Shown: piece after piece, positions 1 to 11,003 of the stretch
Position numbering within the stretch: position 1 is the stretch's first letter
How the letters are laid out: every line of letters begins with the position of its first letter
From: Chiloscyllium plagiosum
Lineage: Eukaryota
Direction of reading: 5' to 3'
Length of the DNA: 20,000 bases
Assembly (NCBI RefSeq): GCF_004010195.1
Contig: NC_057719.1
Span: 23,354,268-23,374,267 of the forward strand
Made by a program: the position numbers and the translations under genes
Notes under the pieces: model-generated
What the model was told of the DNA's origin: nothing
The model's database searches: none
Seen by the model: the letters and a program-made list of their open reading frames with translations, nothing else

Positions 1-820
1 GGACAAGAATTGAGATTTCAAACTCTTCAAGGAGAATTATTTTACAGAACATTTCATAAGTGGCTCGATTTTATGTGCTCATAATCAAGGGTAAAAAGGA
101 AGCAGATTAAGCCTTTCAGATTGTAGGTGTGTTTGGTCATGTTGTTTCCTGAGCATATGGACTTTGTCCTGGTACACCGAGTAAATACTAAAGATGGCAT
201 TTTAAATGGCTTCATTTTCAGTGGCAATCTTCCTCATGCAAGAGGAAGTAACCTGGTGCAATTTCCCCAAAAAACTAATTCGGCAATAATAAAGACCAAT
301 GTTGGTTTGGTTACATTAACTGCTGTGCTAGCCGTTTGAAAGGCGCAGAGAAAGCTTTTACTTCTTCCTCTGTCTCTTCAAATTGAGGAATTAAATGAGA
401 AAATCAAGACACCTCAAGTCTGACCTAATTGTGTCTTTATAGGACACAACAGGGTCCTCAGCTCAATCTATTTTAGTTCAACACCTTTTCCTACAGTTTT
501 GCCTGAAACTCTCATCCTTCTCTCCTTGCTCTTTCCCATCTCTTTCCCCTCTATTTCCCAGTCTTTTTTCTTTATTTTGCAATCCTTTTTTCCTTGACTT
601 CAATTTTAATCTTTTTACTCCTTCATCGTCCTCAACTAATCTGCAGTTGGCCAACCCTTTTAACATTTTAAGTCTTCTGGCTTTGAGGTAAGATTCTAAT
701 CCTAAGTGCCTCCCTAAATGTTTTAACTGTTTAAGGTACAGAAGATTTGAATGTTGAATATAATTTTCCCTAATATAAGCAAGACTGATCTGACCGTGAA
801 CGCAAATATTTCTCTACCAT
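1..820 (-). pseudogene. gag: Decayed gag of a Gypsy (Gmr1-like, SCAN-like capsid) LTR retrotransposon, running off the left edge
   Basis: Minus-strand translation gives QLKHLGRHLGLESYLKARRLKMLKGLAN, a K/E/R-rich stretch (ORF 478-666), HLIPQFEETEEEVKAFSAPFKRLAQQLM*PNQHWSLLL (~283-400) and ATYEMFCKIILLEEFEISI (~8-65), resembling fish Gypsy gag motifs (LVPKF-E--FE-VA-QL-WP--W; LLEEF). Multiple stops and frameshifts; ATG at 820. Confidence 0.8.
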
Positions 821-929
821 AGCAATGCAAGCCCAAGAAAGCTTTTCATACTTTTTCCCCTTAAAATCATATTCAAAGTGGCAACTTGCCCACTATAATG
901 TTTTTATTTTTGTTTTGTTTGTGGGTCCA

Positions 930-946
930 ATCATGGACAAGCCCCA
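930..946 (-). promoter_or_regulatory. Primer-binding site (tRNA-Pro type)
   Basis: Minus strand reads TGGGGCTTGTCCATGAT, close to the tRNA-Pro PBS TGGGGGCTCGTCCGGGAT. It sits 4 nt after the LTR-terminal CA (951) and upstream of gag. Confidence 0.75.
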
Positions 947-950
947 GTTT

Positions 951-1944
951 TGAAACCACCAGACCCCAGGGGAGGTTCCTCAATTTTATTCTGGTTCTGG
1001 ACAGGGAACTCCAAAATGCTAAGATCCCAGGTGAGGAGAGATGAGGGTTTTATTCACTCACCCACCTTGGTTGGTTGTAACAAGGTTAATTTAGAAAGGA
1101 TCTTTTCCCTTGAGGATACTTTTCTTTCAGACAAAATTAACTTCAGCTTTAAGAAGAAGCTAATGTAGCCAGGCTTTCTTGTTGTGACAAAATCTGATTT
1201 TATTAATTGCTAAAAATGAATAGAATCAGGAATGCAACAAATATATGTGCAGTTGAGAAATGAAAGGTTAAACCAATAAGATTTGGTTTTTTTTTAAAAT
1301 GAACGGACCATTCTCTGAATTGCCTGTGAAGAGTGAAATGATGAAAGTTGAAGATAACCTGTAAGTTTCATATTTGTACTTGAAACTTCAGTTTCATGAT
1401 CGTTAGTTTTGCAGACTGGTTGAGATTCTGCAGCTTTGGTTCCTTTTGATCATGAGTGAATTCCTGCGATCAGGGTGCAAGTCCTTTTATTGGCCTATTT
1501 CCTTTTTTAACTCTGGATGGTACACAAGAGAACATGCATTCTCAATAGCACAATCCAGGAGAATTGAATTTTTTTTAAGCTCCTTTGTTGTTTATTCTTC
1601 AAAGGGAAAACACAAAATGCACCTGCAGTTTGGGACATAATCTGCAGGGAGCAACTTCTTATTGACTGGGGGCTCATCATTCCCTCATTTCCCTGGTCGT
1701 CACAAGAGATCACAGTCCAGCCTCTTTTGTTGTGTGCCTTCAAACCTTCAAAGAGCTGTTATTCGAAGTTCCCTTTGGGTGTGACATTCCATGTGTCCCT
1801 CTCTCTATCGCTTTCTCCAGGCAGCCAGTTAATTTACAGCCTCAGCCAAGTTTGGTTGCATTTGTTCTCACTTGCAATATAATTATTGGAATGACAATTC
1901 AAAACTGTCAACAGTACTTTGGGTTTTGACACATGTTCATGATA
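951..1944 (-). mobile_element. 5' LTR of the Gypsy element
   Basis: Ends in CA (minus) immediately before the PBS; minus-strand AATAAA at ~1199-1204; probable start TATCATGAACATGT (1944), similar to TGTGATGACCATGT at 15617. The far boundary is approximate. Confidence 0.65.
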
Positions 1945-2890
1945 GCATTGAGTTGAAGACCTTCACCAGGCTTCCTGACTGGGTGCTGGTCATGCTGGAA
2001 ATACTTAGCAGAAGCTTTCAAAGTGAAAAACGGAGTGTGTAGGATCAAGGATCTCGGAGAGAAAGCAGAATGCTGTACAAGCTACTGAGATTAGATTCAA
2101 ACACAATAACCCTGCCTTGAGAATATAAGATTGGTACACCTGTACCACTATTAATGTTAGCTGAAATCTGAGTAGCAGGATTAATTAATGGAAATTTAAG
2201 GTGAAGTAAATAAATGAAACTGGAAGTTACAATGCCATTGACATATTCTAGAATGTGTTTATCAGAAAGTTTGAAGGAGGAGATAGCAGCAACATGAGCT
2301 ATACAAAAACTATGGAAGTGTGTTGGAGATTACAAGTGTGTCCTCAGTAGGTTTTCTAAACAGGTTCTGGAAGGAAGTATTGTGTTAGAAACAGTCATAA
2401 TAAGTTGATATGCACTAAATATCTTTGTGCACTACAACTGGGAAAAAAGAAGCTGGTAGCTGTTAATAAAGTTACACAGGAAAGCAATGGCTGACCGGAA
2501 AACGCAGCTGTTCTGTTCAATAGAGTAAATTACACAAGGAAGAAAACTACTATTAGAATCAACATTTGAAATGATTATTGATTTACCAGCAGAAAATAGC
2601 AAAGTTAAGTGAGAAGTTAGAAAATGAAATAGACATTTGTTTAGTGCCAGGGACAACAGCACAGTAAACGGCAAGCAGCCAAGGATTCCATTTTGAAAAA
2701 CAAGACAACTGACATTGGGCTTTGTTGGAATCTGCTTCTCTCTGCAATGAGCGAGTGTGTAATCACAGAAGCTAGGGTCACGAAACAGGCAGGACAGAGG
2801 TAGAGGAGAATTGTAAAAATAAAATACTGAACATGGTTGGAGGAGAGATCACAATCTGACACCAACCTCTTGTCCCCCTCCCCTTGGTGA

Positions 2891-3190
2891 TATAGTACAG
2901 AAAGAGGCCATTCATTCCATCGAGTCTATAGCAACCCGTCAAAGAGCATTCAAAACTCTACCCAATCCCCATAATCTTGCAATTACCATGGCTAATCCAC
3001 CTAGTTTGCTCATCCCTAGACACTACGGGCAATTTCCCATGGCCAATCCACCTAACGTGCACATCTTTGGACTGTGGGATGAAACTGGAACACCTAGAGG
3101 AAACCCATGGAGCCTGTGCAATCTCCACATGGATGGTCACCGTGGCAATGTGAGGCAGCAGTGCTAACTCCTGAGCCACTGTGCTGTCCC
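2891..3190 (-). mobile_element. HE1-like V-SINE (tRNA-derived head, B-box region deleted)
   Basis: Minus strand: head GGGACAGCACAGTGGCTCAGGAGTTAGCACTGCTGCCTCAC, V-core CCCACAGTCCAAAGATGTGCACGTTAGGTGGATTGGCCATGGGAAATTGCCCGTAGTGT, CR1-like tail; the core segment is partly repeated. Confidence 0.9.
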
Positions 3191-3690
3191 TAAAAAGTGG
3201 CTTCTATCCTCATGTGACATGCAAATCTGCTAAACATGTAAAAAGGCTATGACCATACCAAGAAAAGGCAGGTTAGGTGCCTCATCATGGATGCTACTTG
3301 GGAGTGATGTGAAGTCCTTCAAAGGGAAATTGTGTGAAACAGACATACATAGTACAGATTGAAATCTATTTGTAATCATGGTACCATGCGTGTGAAATGC
3401 ACACAGTGTCCATCCACATGGCATTCAAACCTTGTTTACAAGCGATCTTAGTCAGTTCATTGGCCATTACAAACTGATCATGGTCATCTCTGTAAAGCAG
3501 AATTAATTGCAGGTGACCTGCAGGTTTCAATTGCAACCAATATTCACCAAGGCAATTGAAGATATCACAGACTACACAAGAGCTGATGTCCTCTAGTCTA
3601 GTAGAGGACCATGAGTATTCACCAAAAGATTTGCATATGAAATATGACTTTCTTAGCTGATGCGTGAGTGGGGACAAGGTTTTAATAATC

Positions 3691-3892
3691 GAAAAGTCTG
3701 GCACTGGAAAAGCATAGCAGGTCAGGCAGCATCCAAGAAGCAGATAAATCGATGTTTTGGGCATAAGCCCTTCATTAGGAATGTTGGGGGGTAGGAAACG
3801 GGGGCTGAGAAATAAATAGGACGGTGGGGGTGGGGCTGGGGGAATCCTATTTATCTCTCAGCAACTTGCAGTCTGCAGTCCGCACTTTTTCC
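3691..3892 (-). mobile_element. Penelope-type (PLE) terminal-repeat fragment with decayed hammerhead and internal inversion
   Basis: Shares CTGGAAAAGCA-AGCAGGTCAGGCAGCATCC with the copies at 8953, 13815 and 16976. Minus-strand decayed HHR CTAATGA-AGGGC-TTAT-GCCC-AAAAC-ATC; internal inverted repeat ~3803-3820/3845-3862; degenerate 17-bp TSD 3674-3690/3893-3909 (13/17). Confidence 0.75.
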
Positions 3893-3922
3893 ACAAGGGT
3901 TTGGTAACCATACAGCACTTAC

Positions 3923-4202
3923 AATCTCCTGCCACACAAGCAGTGTATACAGTGTACACTGGAATAAGTTGTGTTGTTTCAAAAGTCCATGTAGATGCAT
4001 TCCCCAGCCCTCCTTGTCAGAATCCTCCCAATCCCACTCGATGGTGTATGCATACAAAACAATCGTTTGTATGTGATGCAAAAGCTGACTCTTCCCATTA
4101 CCAAGAACCAGTTCTGTTTCTGATATTCTCCAAGTAGTGTTATTCGTACCATGACCAATAGATCCAGCCACAACAAGGATCATCAATCCTGTGGCCATGT
4201 TA
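3923..4202 (-). CDS. Candidate coding exon of an unidentified gene
   Basis: Pyrimidine-rich acceptor (tcttattctcatcaacttctctgagctttcacag), donor ATT|gtaagt, and one frame open across all 280 nt (NMATGLMILVVAGSIGHGTNNTTW...LVWQEI). No homolog recognised. Confidence 0.3.
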
Positions 4203-4339
4203 CTGTGAAAGCTCAGAGAAGTTGATGAGAATAAGATGCAGCAGGAGCCCTGGGACCATCGGAAATCCTGCTATGCCTCTCCAGGGTAGCATGATGGAAA
4301 CCAAGCTTTGCCATACACAGAGGCATCACAAGGAAGTAA

Positions 4340-4657
4340 TTAGAGTAATTATTACTGAACAAAAAGAATGAGAGAAAATAGTATGACCAAAGAAGATAAG
4401 TCTCTGGGCCTAATGGTTCGCATCCTAGGACAATAAAGGAAATCAATATCGAAAAAGCGGATATACTTCTCAGGATCCTCAGAATCTGCAAATTTCTCAG
4501 AAGATTGAAAAGCTGTCAACACTTTTATTCATAAAAGGGAGCAAGACAATAAAAGAACCAGAGGCCAGTTAGCTTAACATCTATCATTGGAAAATGTTAC
4601 GGTCTATTATAAAGGATGCAATAACAGAGCATTTGCAAATACACAGCATGATCAAAT
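4340..4657 (+). mobile_element. Old CR1 LINE ORF2 fragment (pre-RT/RT start)
   Basis: Decayed DKSLGPNGSHPRTIKE, LFIKG, RPVSLTSIIG and SIIKDAITEHL motifs typical of CR1 ORF2. Confidence 0.8.
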
Positions 4658-5097
4658 TGTCGTGGAAATTAAATTGACTCCACTCAATTATTAGCAAGAG
4701 CAAAGAAAAAGAACTTTATTATATTTTAACCTCTGCAATGCAGAGGGACCAATACACTTGGCAAAAATGCCTTGTGTAAGGCACTTGAGCATAATTCAGA
4801 AACTCTTCTTATACCATTCTTATCACGGTCTCAAGGACAAAGATTGGGAAGACTTAAGTTGTTATTTTTTTCATTCCCTTGTTGTGGACATACTGTTTTG
4901 ATGTTTTCCTTAGCTCAAATCTGAAATCGACTACTCACAAAGCCAGTTTGAATGTTTACAAAATTCCGCAGAGACAAGCTGTCCCACGACTGCAGACTTC
5001 AGAAAAGTTGCAAAGTATCAGAAAAGTTTTAAATTTAGTAAAGCATTGTCTTTCAGATTTCAGAGTAAATGTTAAATTTGTTAATTTTCCATTTTCC
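4658..5097 (-). mobile_element. Probable solo LTR inserted in the CR1
   Basis: Interrupts colinear CR1 sequence (…ATGATCAA | CAGCATGGTTTCATG, QHGFM). Minus strand has TATAA ~4809-4813, AATAAA 4715-4720 and a terminal TTTCCACGACA. No clean TSD seen. Confidence 0.5.
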
Positions 5098-5360
5098 AGC
5101 ATGGTTTCATGCTGGATCAATGCTGAAAAACAATTATTTACAATATACATTAATGATTTGGATAACGGACGTGATAGTAATGTTTACAGATGACACAAAA
5201 TAAATGGGAAGGTAAGTGGTGAGGATGACAAAATGAATCAACAAATGTATATAGACAGGTTAAGTGAATGGACAGAAACTTAGAAGATGGTCTACAAAGT
5301 AGAAAAAATTGAGCTGATTGAATTTGGCATGGGGAATTGAAAGGCTAATTATTATTTAAA
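5098..5360 (+). mobile_element. CR1 RT fragment (continuation, internally deleted)
   Basis: QHGFM, then QLFTIYINDLD, FTDDTK and YIDRLSEW motifs. Confidence 0.85.
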
Positions 5361-5639
5361 GACTGGGAGAGATTTTTTCAAGAGAAAGATTTAGAAATAC
5401 ATCAGAGTTTCAGTATCATCACTTTCTTCTTGTATAAAGTAATTTCTGCCTTGAGGTATCTTTGGCTCGGAGGCAGAACTAGGGACAGTACACATAGGTT
5501 CTTCAGTTTCCTAGTGACAGCCTCTTTGTGACAGAATATCCCTCACTTCATTTAGGTAAGATAGTTGCCTTAAGTAATTCCTCACTCACCTACCTACAAG
5601 TAGGAAGTGGTCAAGGGCTATTTTGTCCCCCAGTGCTGA

Positions 5640-6060
5640 ATGAGGGAGGCAAAGTTTGAGGGATTTGAGAAGGAGGCAAGTAGATCAGGAATAGTGGGGG
5701 ATGGGAGATGGGAAGCAGGGTATGGACCAAGATCATGTATTTGCTGAAAGGAAGTTGACTGGCAGAAGTGGCTGATCATTAGGAGTATGCCCATGAGACA
5801 GGGTTGACCTGAAGGGATGAGCCTCGGCATAGTTACAAACTCAACTAAGTATATTTTTAACAACATGGTGGTGGTCTGCAATAGCGTCACCTTCAGGTGA
5901 TATATCTGTAGAAATGGATTGTTAGAACGATGTCTTGATGCGCATAAAATACAGTTTTTAGCAGACAGAGAAACCTTGGCAGTAAATGACTTGGAGAACT
6001 GATTGTAAAAGAAGAGCACTTGAAATTTGTGATTAATTCTGAGCTGGAAATCTTCCAACT
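5640..6060 (-). mobile_element. Possible highly decayed L2 LINE ORF2 fragment
   Basis: Minus-strand SLSAK/KTVFY…SNNP…EFVT followed by a P/S-rich stretch loosely resembles the L2 ORF2 linker; weak similarity only. Confidence 0.3.
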
Positions 6061-6714
6061 CCCTAATCTAAATGCCACCTGTGATCTTCTTTCTAGAATT
6101 TAATGGCATTAAATGTGTGAAGAGTCCTCTAAATGCTTTTCCATATTATTTTGGGCTGTAAGAATAAAAATAAAAGATAAGAACTTTCAATCATTAACAG
6201 GACGTTCAATTGCATCTGCTTTTTACACTTTATGGAAGGGTTATCATTGAACACCCTGGAGGAATCCCCAATCTGAGAACTGATGCAGCTGGAGCTAGAA
6301 GCAGTGGAGAAGAAACATCTTACATTGCAAAAAATCAGCACAGTAGGTAATGCATCAGTGAACAGGCAGAAGGCATTGTGAAATAAGTGCAAAATAATCA
6401 AACTCTCCAGCCAACATTCAAAATGCCAACACAACTTAAGAAGTAAATCTGAAAGATAGGGTCAGTTAGTCATGGACCTTTTTTTTATGTGGGCAATTGG
6501 CACCATAGGGATGAGCTGTCACAAAGCGCATGATATCCAATATGAGATTGATTTGGATTGGAATAAGAAGTGAAAGGAGACTGACAGTGACCTAAATGCT
6601 GTAATAAATTAGCTCTAATCAGCTTGGTTAGTTCAACAGCCTACACTGTTGAGACGTCTGTGCATCAAAATAGATAGTTTGGCCCCTATACAGTGTTTTC
6701 ACATCCACCAGATG

Positions 6715-6870
6715 GAAACCTTGATTCAACATCTTCTCCAAATGAAAACATCACCCACAATGCAGCATTCCTGTGGTACTACAGTGAGTGTCAGCATAGA
6801 TTATGATGTCCCATGTAGCTTGAAGCCAAATTCTTCTAACTCAGAGGCAAGAATATAACCAACCGTGTCA
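6715..6870 (-). mobile_element. DeuSINE (SacSINE1-like) 5' fragment
   Basis: Plus strand CAATGCAGCATTCCTGTGGTACTACAGTGAGTGTCAGCATAGATTATG…CTTGAAGCC…TTCTAACTCAGAGGCAAGA matches the reverse complement of the tRNA head and start of the body of shark DeuSINEs. Confidence 0.7.
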
Positions 6871-6915
6871 GTAACTGATAACAGGGTTTATCCCTTCATC
6901 TCATAATCAGATATT

Positions 6916-7110
6916 CTCAGCAGGTCTGGCAGCATCTGTGGAGAGAGAAAAACAGTTAATATTTCAAATCTTGTTTGAATCTTCTTCAGAGCTGAAAGGT
7001 GTCAGAATCTTTTTAATACTCTTCTGACTGAGGAAAGAGGAGGAGCAAAGGGAACAGATGGTATAGAGACACAGTCATGACAAAGGAGTCTTCAGTGGTC
7101 ATGAAAGAGA
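6916..7110 (-). mobile_element. Second-family PLE terminal-repeat fragment with decayed hammerhead
   Basis: CTCAGCAGGTCTGGCAGCATCTGTGGAGAGA is shared with 17318-17490. Minus strand 6953-6992 reads CTGAAGA-AGATTC-AAACA-AGATTT-GAAA-TATT. Confidence 0.6.
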
Positions 7111-7112
7111 AA

Positions 7113-7373
7113 AAGGAGAAAGATTTTAAAAAGACATGAGGGCAATGTTTTTACATACCGGGCGGTTCACATGTGGAATGAACTTCTTGAGAAAGTGGAG
7201 GATATGGGTACAATCATAACTTTTAATAGACATTTACATGAGTACATGAACAGGAAAGATTTGGAAGGATTTGGACCAGGACCAGGCAAATGGGACTAGT
7301 TGGTTTGGGATTATGTTCAGAATGGACTGGTGAGACCGAGGGCACTGTTTCCATCCTCTATGACTCCATGACT
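7113..7373 (+). mobile_element. CR1/HER1-type LINE 3' end
   Basis: ORF2 C-terminal (…TGGAATGAACTT…) and 3' tail ending CTGTTTCCATCCTCTATGACTCCATGACT. Confidence 0.85.
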
Positions 7374-7509
7374 GTAAATTGAGGTTTAAATGGAGAGATT
7401 GGGTCTTCTCCACTATTCATCAAAACACTTCATCCAGAGCTGTCACAAAGACTGGCCAGGTCTCTTTCATTTCCTAAGAAAATTTAAATTTGATAGTAAT
7501 GGAGGCAAG

Positions 7510-8380
7510 ATACATGAAATACAGAAAGCTAGCATTAAAGTATGACAAGTAACTAGGACGCAAATGTTATGCGCTCTTTCATTGCAAAGGATCTGCATTT
7601 CAAGTGTAAAGTAATTTAGCCACTACAGGTAGAATATCCTTTATTCGAACATCCAAAAACCAAAAAGCTCCAAAATCCGAAGGTTTTTTGTGGAGTTTTT
7701 TTTCTCAGTAACAAGGTTGTTTGGTGTGCAAACAGTTAACCCAAGTCGACACCCACTCGATGTGTGTCACTCAGGTGCGTCTTCAGGGGGGGAGTATGGC
7801 CAAGCACCGACGGCGTATTCTTACTTGGAAGTCTGCTCCTCCAGTAAGATTTTTAAAAATTTCACCATTAAACTGTCACTTATTCTGAAAAATGAAAAAT
7901 TCTGAATTCCAAAAAACAGCTGGTCCCGAGCATTTCAGATAAAAGATCATCTACCTGTAGTATACAAAGCTTGGAAAATAAAGCCAGATACTGTGTGTGG
8001 TTTTGGTCTCTGTTCCCATGGAAGGATATTTTGGAAGCTGTACAGCAAAGGTTCACTAAACTGACTCCTGAGATGACCAAACTCTCTAGCATTTAGAAGA
8101 ATGGAAGACGATCTCAATGAAACTTGGAAGATTGTTTGGTGGTTTGACAAAGTAGTTAGTAAGAGGTTGTTTCATCTCACAGGAGAGTCTGGAACTGGGG
8201 TCATGCTTTCAGGATAAGACATTGATCAAGACTGAAATGGGGAGGAATTTTTTTCATGGGAGTTTATAAATCTTTGGAATCTTTGGAGTTGATATCAAAA
8301 GTAAGCCATGATCATATTGAATAGGAGAGCAAACTTGAGGTGTCATGTGAGATTCTACTGCTCCTATTTTGTATATTCTC
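7510..8380 (+). mobile_element. Old CR1 LINE 3' portion, interrupted by a MITE
   Basis: YCVWFWS, LEAVQQRFTKL motifs and tail AGCCATGATCATATTGAAT…CTACTGCTCCTATTTTGTAT. Confidence 0.8.
7626..7957. mobile_element. Tc1/mariner (Tigger4/Zombi-like) MITE
   Basis: ~24-bp imperfect TIRs CAGGTAGAATATCCTTTATTCGAA / TTCAGATAAAAGATCATCTACCTG; TA duplicated at 7624-7625 and 7958-7959; CR1 continues on both sides. Confidence 0.9.
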
Positions 8381-8952
8381 ATAGATAATAAATCTTGAAG
8401 AAAGAGAGAAGACACTCATTTCCAGTCAGATGAGGACTTCACTCCTAATGTTGTGTTTAGATGATAGATTGAATATGACTTCAGTTGAATTTGAAGGATT
8501 ACTGAAGTAAGAATATCATAGTGGTGGTGAATGATTGCAGATCAATATTTCCTGACTGAACATCAAGCAGCACTTATATGCTAAGTGTATCATTTCTATA
8601 TCCTACCAAGAGATGCCTGTGGCTTTTCTGTATTAGCATGTTACTTGCTGCTAGAATATCAGCAAGGTTGACTATGGCTAAGTACTACTTAGTAATTATT
8701 TGATTAATTGACGTGTCAAAGGGAGAAAGATTTCATCCTAAAAGCTGATTGTGGCTTAAAGCTCAATTCCCATAACTTGGCAGCTTGTACGTTTTCATAA
8801 GCCTTTTGAAAAAACATCAAAAAGTTCGGGATGGTTTAAACTAGTTTGGCAAGGGGGTGGGAACCAGAGCTACATATCTAAGAGGGGGATAGTTGTAGAT
8901 GGGGCAGCGACAGGATGTAGTGAATCTATCGGTAAGGGTTTTCATATGATGA

Positions 8953-9113
8953 GGAGAAAGTGAGGTCTGCAGATGCTGGAGATCAGAGCTGGAAATGTGT
9001 TGCTGGATAAGCCCTTATTCCTGAAGAAGGGCTTATGCCCGAAACGTCGAATCTCCTGTTCCCTGGATGCTGCCTGACCTGCTGCGCTTTTCCAGCAACA
9101 CATTTCCAGCTCA
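8953..9113 (+). mobile_element. Short PLE-derived inverted-repeat element with hammerhead, inserted into the CR1 inter-ORF region
   Basis: Perfect 15-bp TSD GTTTTCATATGATGA (8938-8952 / 9114-9128); perfect 22-bp inverted arms 8986-9007 / 9091-9112. Confidence 0.9.
9017..9052 (+). ncRNA. Minimal type I hammerhead ribozyme motif
   Basis: ATTC-CTGAAGA-A-GGGC-TTAT-GCCC-GAAA-C-GTC-GAAT: stem I ATTC/GAAT, core CUGANGA, stem II GGGC/GCCC, GAAA, palindromic ACGT stem III, GUC cleavage triplet (cut after 9048). Confidence 0.8.
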
Positions 9114-10883
9114 GTTTTCATATGATGAAACAAAGGAATCAGTTAAAGTGTGTCTGATTTAACGCAAGGAGTGTCAGAAAAAAGTGATGAACTTAGAGCA
9201 TGGATCAGTACTTGGAACTATGATGTTGTGGCCATAACAGAGGCTTGGGTTTCAAAGGGGCAAGAATGGTTGCTAGACGTTCCAGGGTTTAGAATGTTTA
9301 AAAAGAACAGTGAGGGTGGAAAAAGAGGAGGGGGTGTAGCATTGCTAATCAGAGAGTGCATCACAGCTACAGAAATGAAGGTTGTCAAGGAAGGTTTGTA
9401 TGGGTGGAAGTTAGGAACAGCAAGGGAGCAGCCACCTCATTGGGGGTTTTCTACAATCCCCCTAACAGCAGAAGAGAGATTGAAGAATTCATAGGTCAGC
9501 AGATTTTGGAAAAATGCTGATATAGCAGGGTTGTTGTTATGGGTGACTTCAACTTTCCCAATATTGACTGCAACCTCCTTAGTGCAGATGGTTTGGATGG
9601 AGCCGTTTTTGTCAGGTATGTTCAGGAGAGTTTCCTTACTCAGTATATAGACAGGCCGACGAGGGGAGAGGCCATTTTGGATTTGGTGCTCGACAATGAG
9701 CCAGTACAGGTGTCAGATCTCGCAGTGCAAGAATACTTTGGTGACAGTGACCACAACTGCCTGACATTTACCATAGCCTTAGAGGGGGAAAGGAACAGTT
9801 ACCAAGGGAAGATATTTAATTGGGGAAAAGGAAATTATGACGCTATCAGACAGGAGTTGGGAAGTACAGAATGGGAGCAATTGTTCCACAGAAAGGGAGA
9901 CTGCTTAAGGAGCAACTGTTGCGAGTGATGCACAAATTTGTTCCTCTGAGACAGGCAAGAAGTGGTAAGATTAAGGAGCCTTGAATGCTGAGAACAGAGG
10001 AACATCTCACCAAAAGGAAAAAGGCAGCTTATGTAAGGTGGAGGAATCAAGGATCTAGCACAGCTTTAGAGCATTACAGGCTTACTAGAAAGGAGCTCAG
10101 AAATGGACTGAGGAGAGCCAAGAGGGGGCATGAGGAAGGCTTGTCAAGAAGGATTAGGGAGAACCCAAAGGCATTTTACTCATACGTGAGGAATAAGAGA
10201 ATGATCGGGAGAAGGTAGGGTCAGTGTGGGATAGCATAGGGAACTTGTGTGTGGAGTCTGAGCAGATAGGGAAAGCCTAAATGAGGGACCTTGTTGTGAA
10301 TGAGAACTTTGAGGAGCTGGGATATAGACTTGAACAGATCAAGATTGATGAAGTTGATGTGCTGGAAAATATCAAACATTAAGATTGATAAGTCCCCAGA
10401 ACCAGACCAGGTTTATCATAGGTTGTTCTGGGAAATGAGACAGGAGGTTGCTAAGGCGCTGGTGAAGATCTTTGCTTCCTCACTCTCCACGGAGTCGAGC
10501 CGGAGAATTGGAGGGAGGCGAACGTTGTTCCTCTTTTCAAGAAGGGAAATGGGGAAATCCTTGGCAATTACAGACCAGTCACTCTTACGACTGTGGTCAG
10601 CAAGTTTTTGGAAAGAATTCTGAGGGATAAGATTTATGATTTGGAAAAGCATAGCATGATTAAAGACAGTCAGAATGGCTTTGTGAGGGGCAGGTAATGC
10701 TTCACAAATCTTATTGAGTTCTTTGAGGAGGTGACAAAATAGGTCAACGAAGGTTGAGCAGTGGATGTGGTGTATATGGACCTCAGCAAGGCATTTGATA
10801 AGGTTCCCCATGGTAGGCTCATTCATAAAGTCAGGAGGTATGGGCTACAGGGAGATTTGGTTGTCTGGATTCAGAATTGGTCG

Positions 10884-11003
10884 GGAGTAGATGGAAAGTA
10901 TTCTGCCTGGGGATCAGTGGTGAATGGTGTCCCGCATGGCTCTGGAGTAGATGGAAAGTATTCTGCCTGGGGATCAGTGGTGAATGGTGTCCCGCATGGC
11001 TCT
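10884..11003 (+). repeat. Perfect 2 x 60-bp tandem duplication inside the CR1 RT
   Basis: 10884-10943 is identical to 10944-11003; in frame (GVDGKYSAWGSVVNGVPHGS twice). Confidence 0.97.

Noticed and set aside
127..3424. Short 60-80 aa ORFs in the track
   Set aside because: Mostly antisense or alternative frames of LTR, gag and SINE sequence with no recognisable domains.
3583..3615. CTGATG followed by an 8-bp hairpin (GTCCTCTA/TAGAGGAC) as another hammerhead
   Set aside because: Core lacks the final A of CUGANGA and there is no GAAA after the stem.
3219..3640. Octamer motifs (ATGCAAAT ~3219, ATTTGCAT ~3629) and CACAGTG (~3402) as immunoglobulin promoter/RSS
   Set aside because: No nonamer at 12/23 spacing and no V-segment sequence nearby.
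8461..8506. 46-nt exon-like segment (tttag…GAA|gtaaga)
   Set aside because: Short enough to be chance; phase incompatible with the 6201-6346 candidate; no recognisable peptide.
10884..11003. CRISPR-like repeat
   Set aside because: Two adjacent units with no spacer, inside an RT; vertebrate context.
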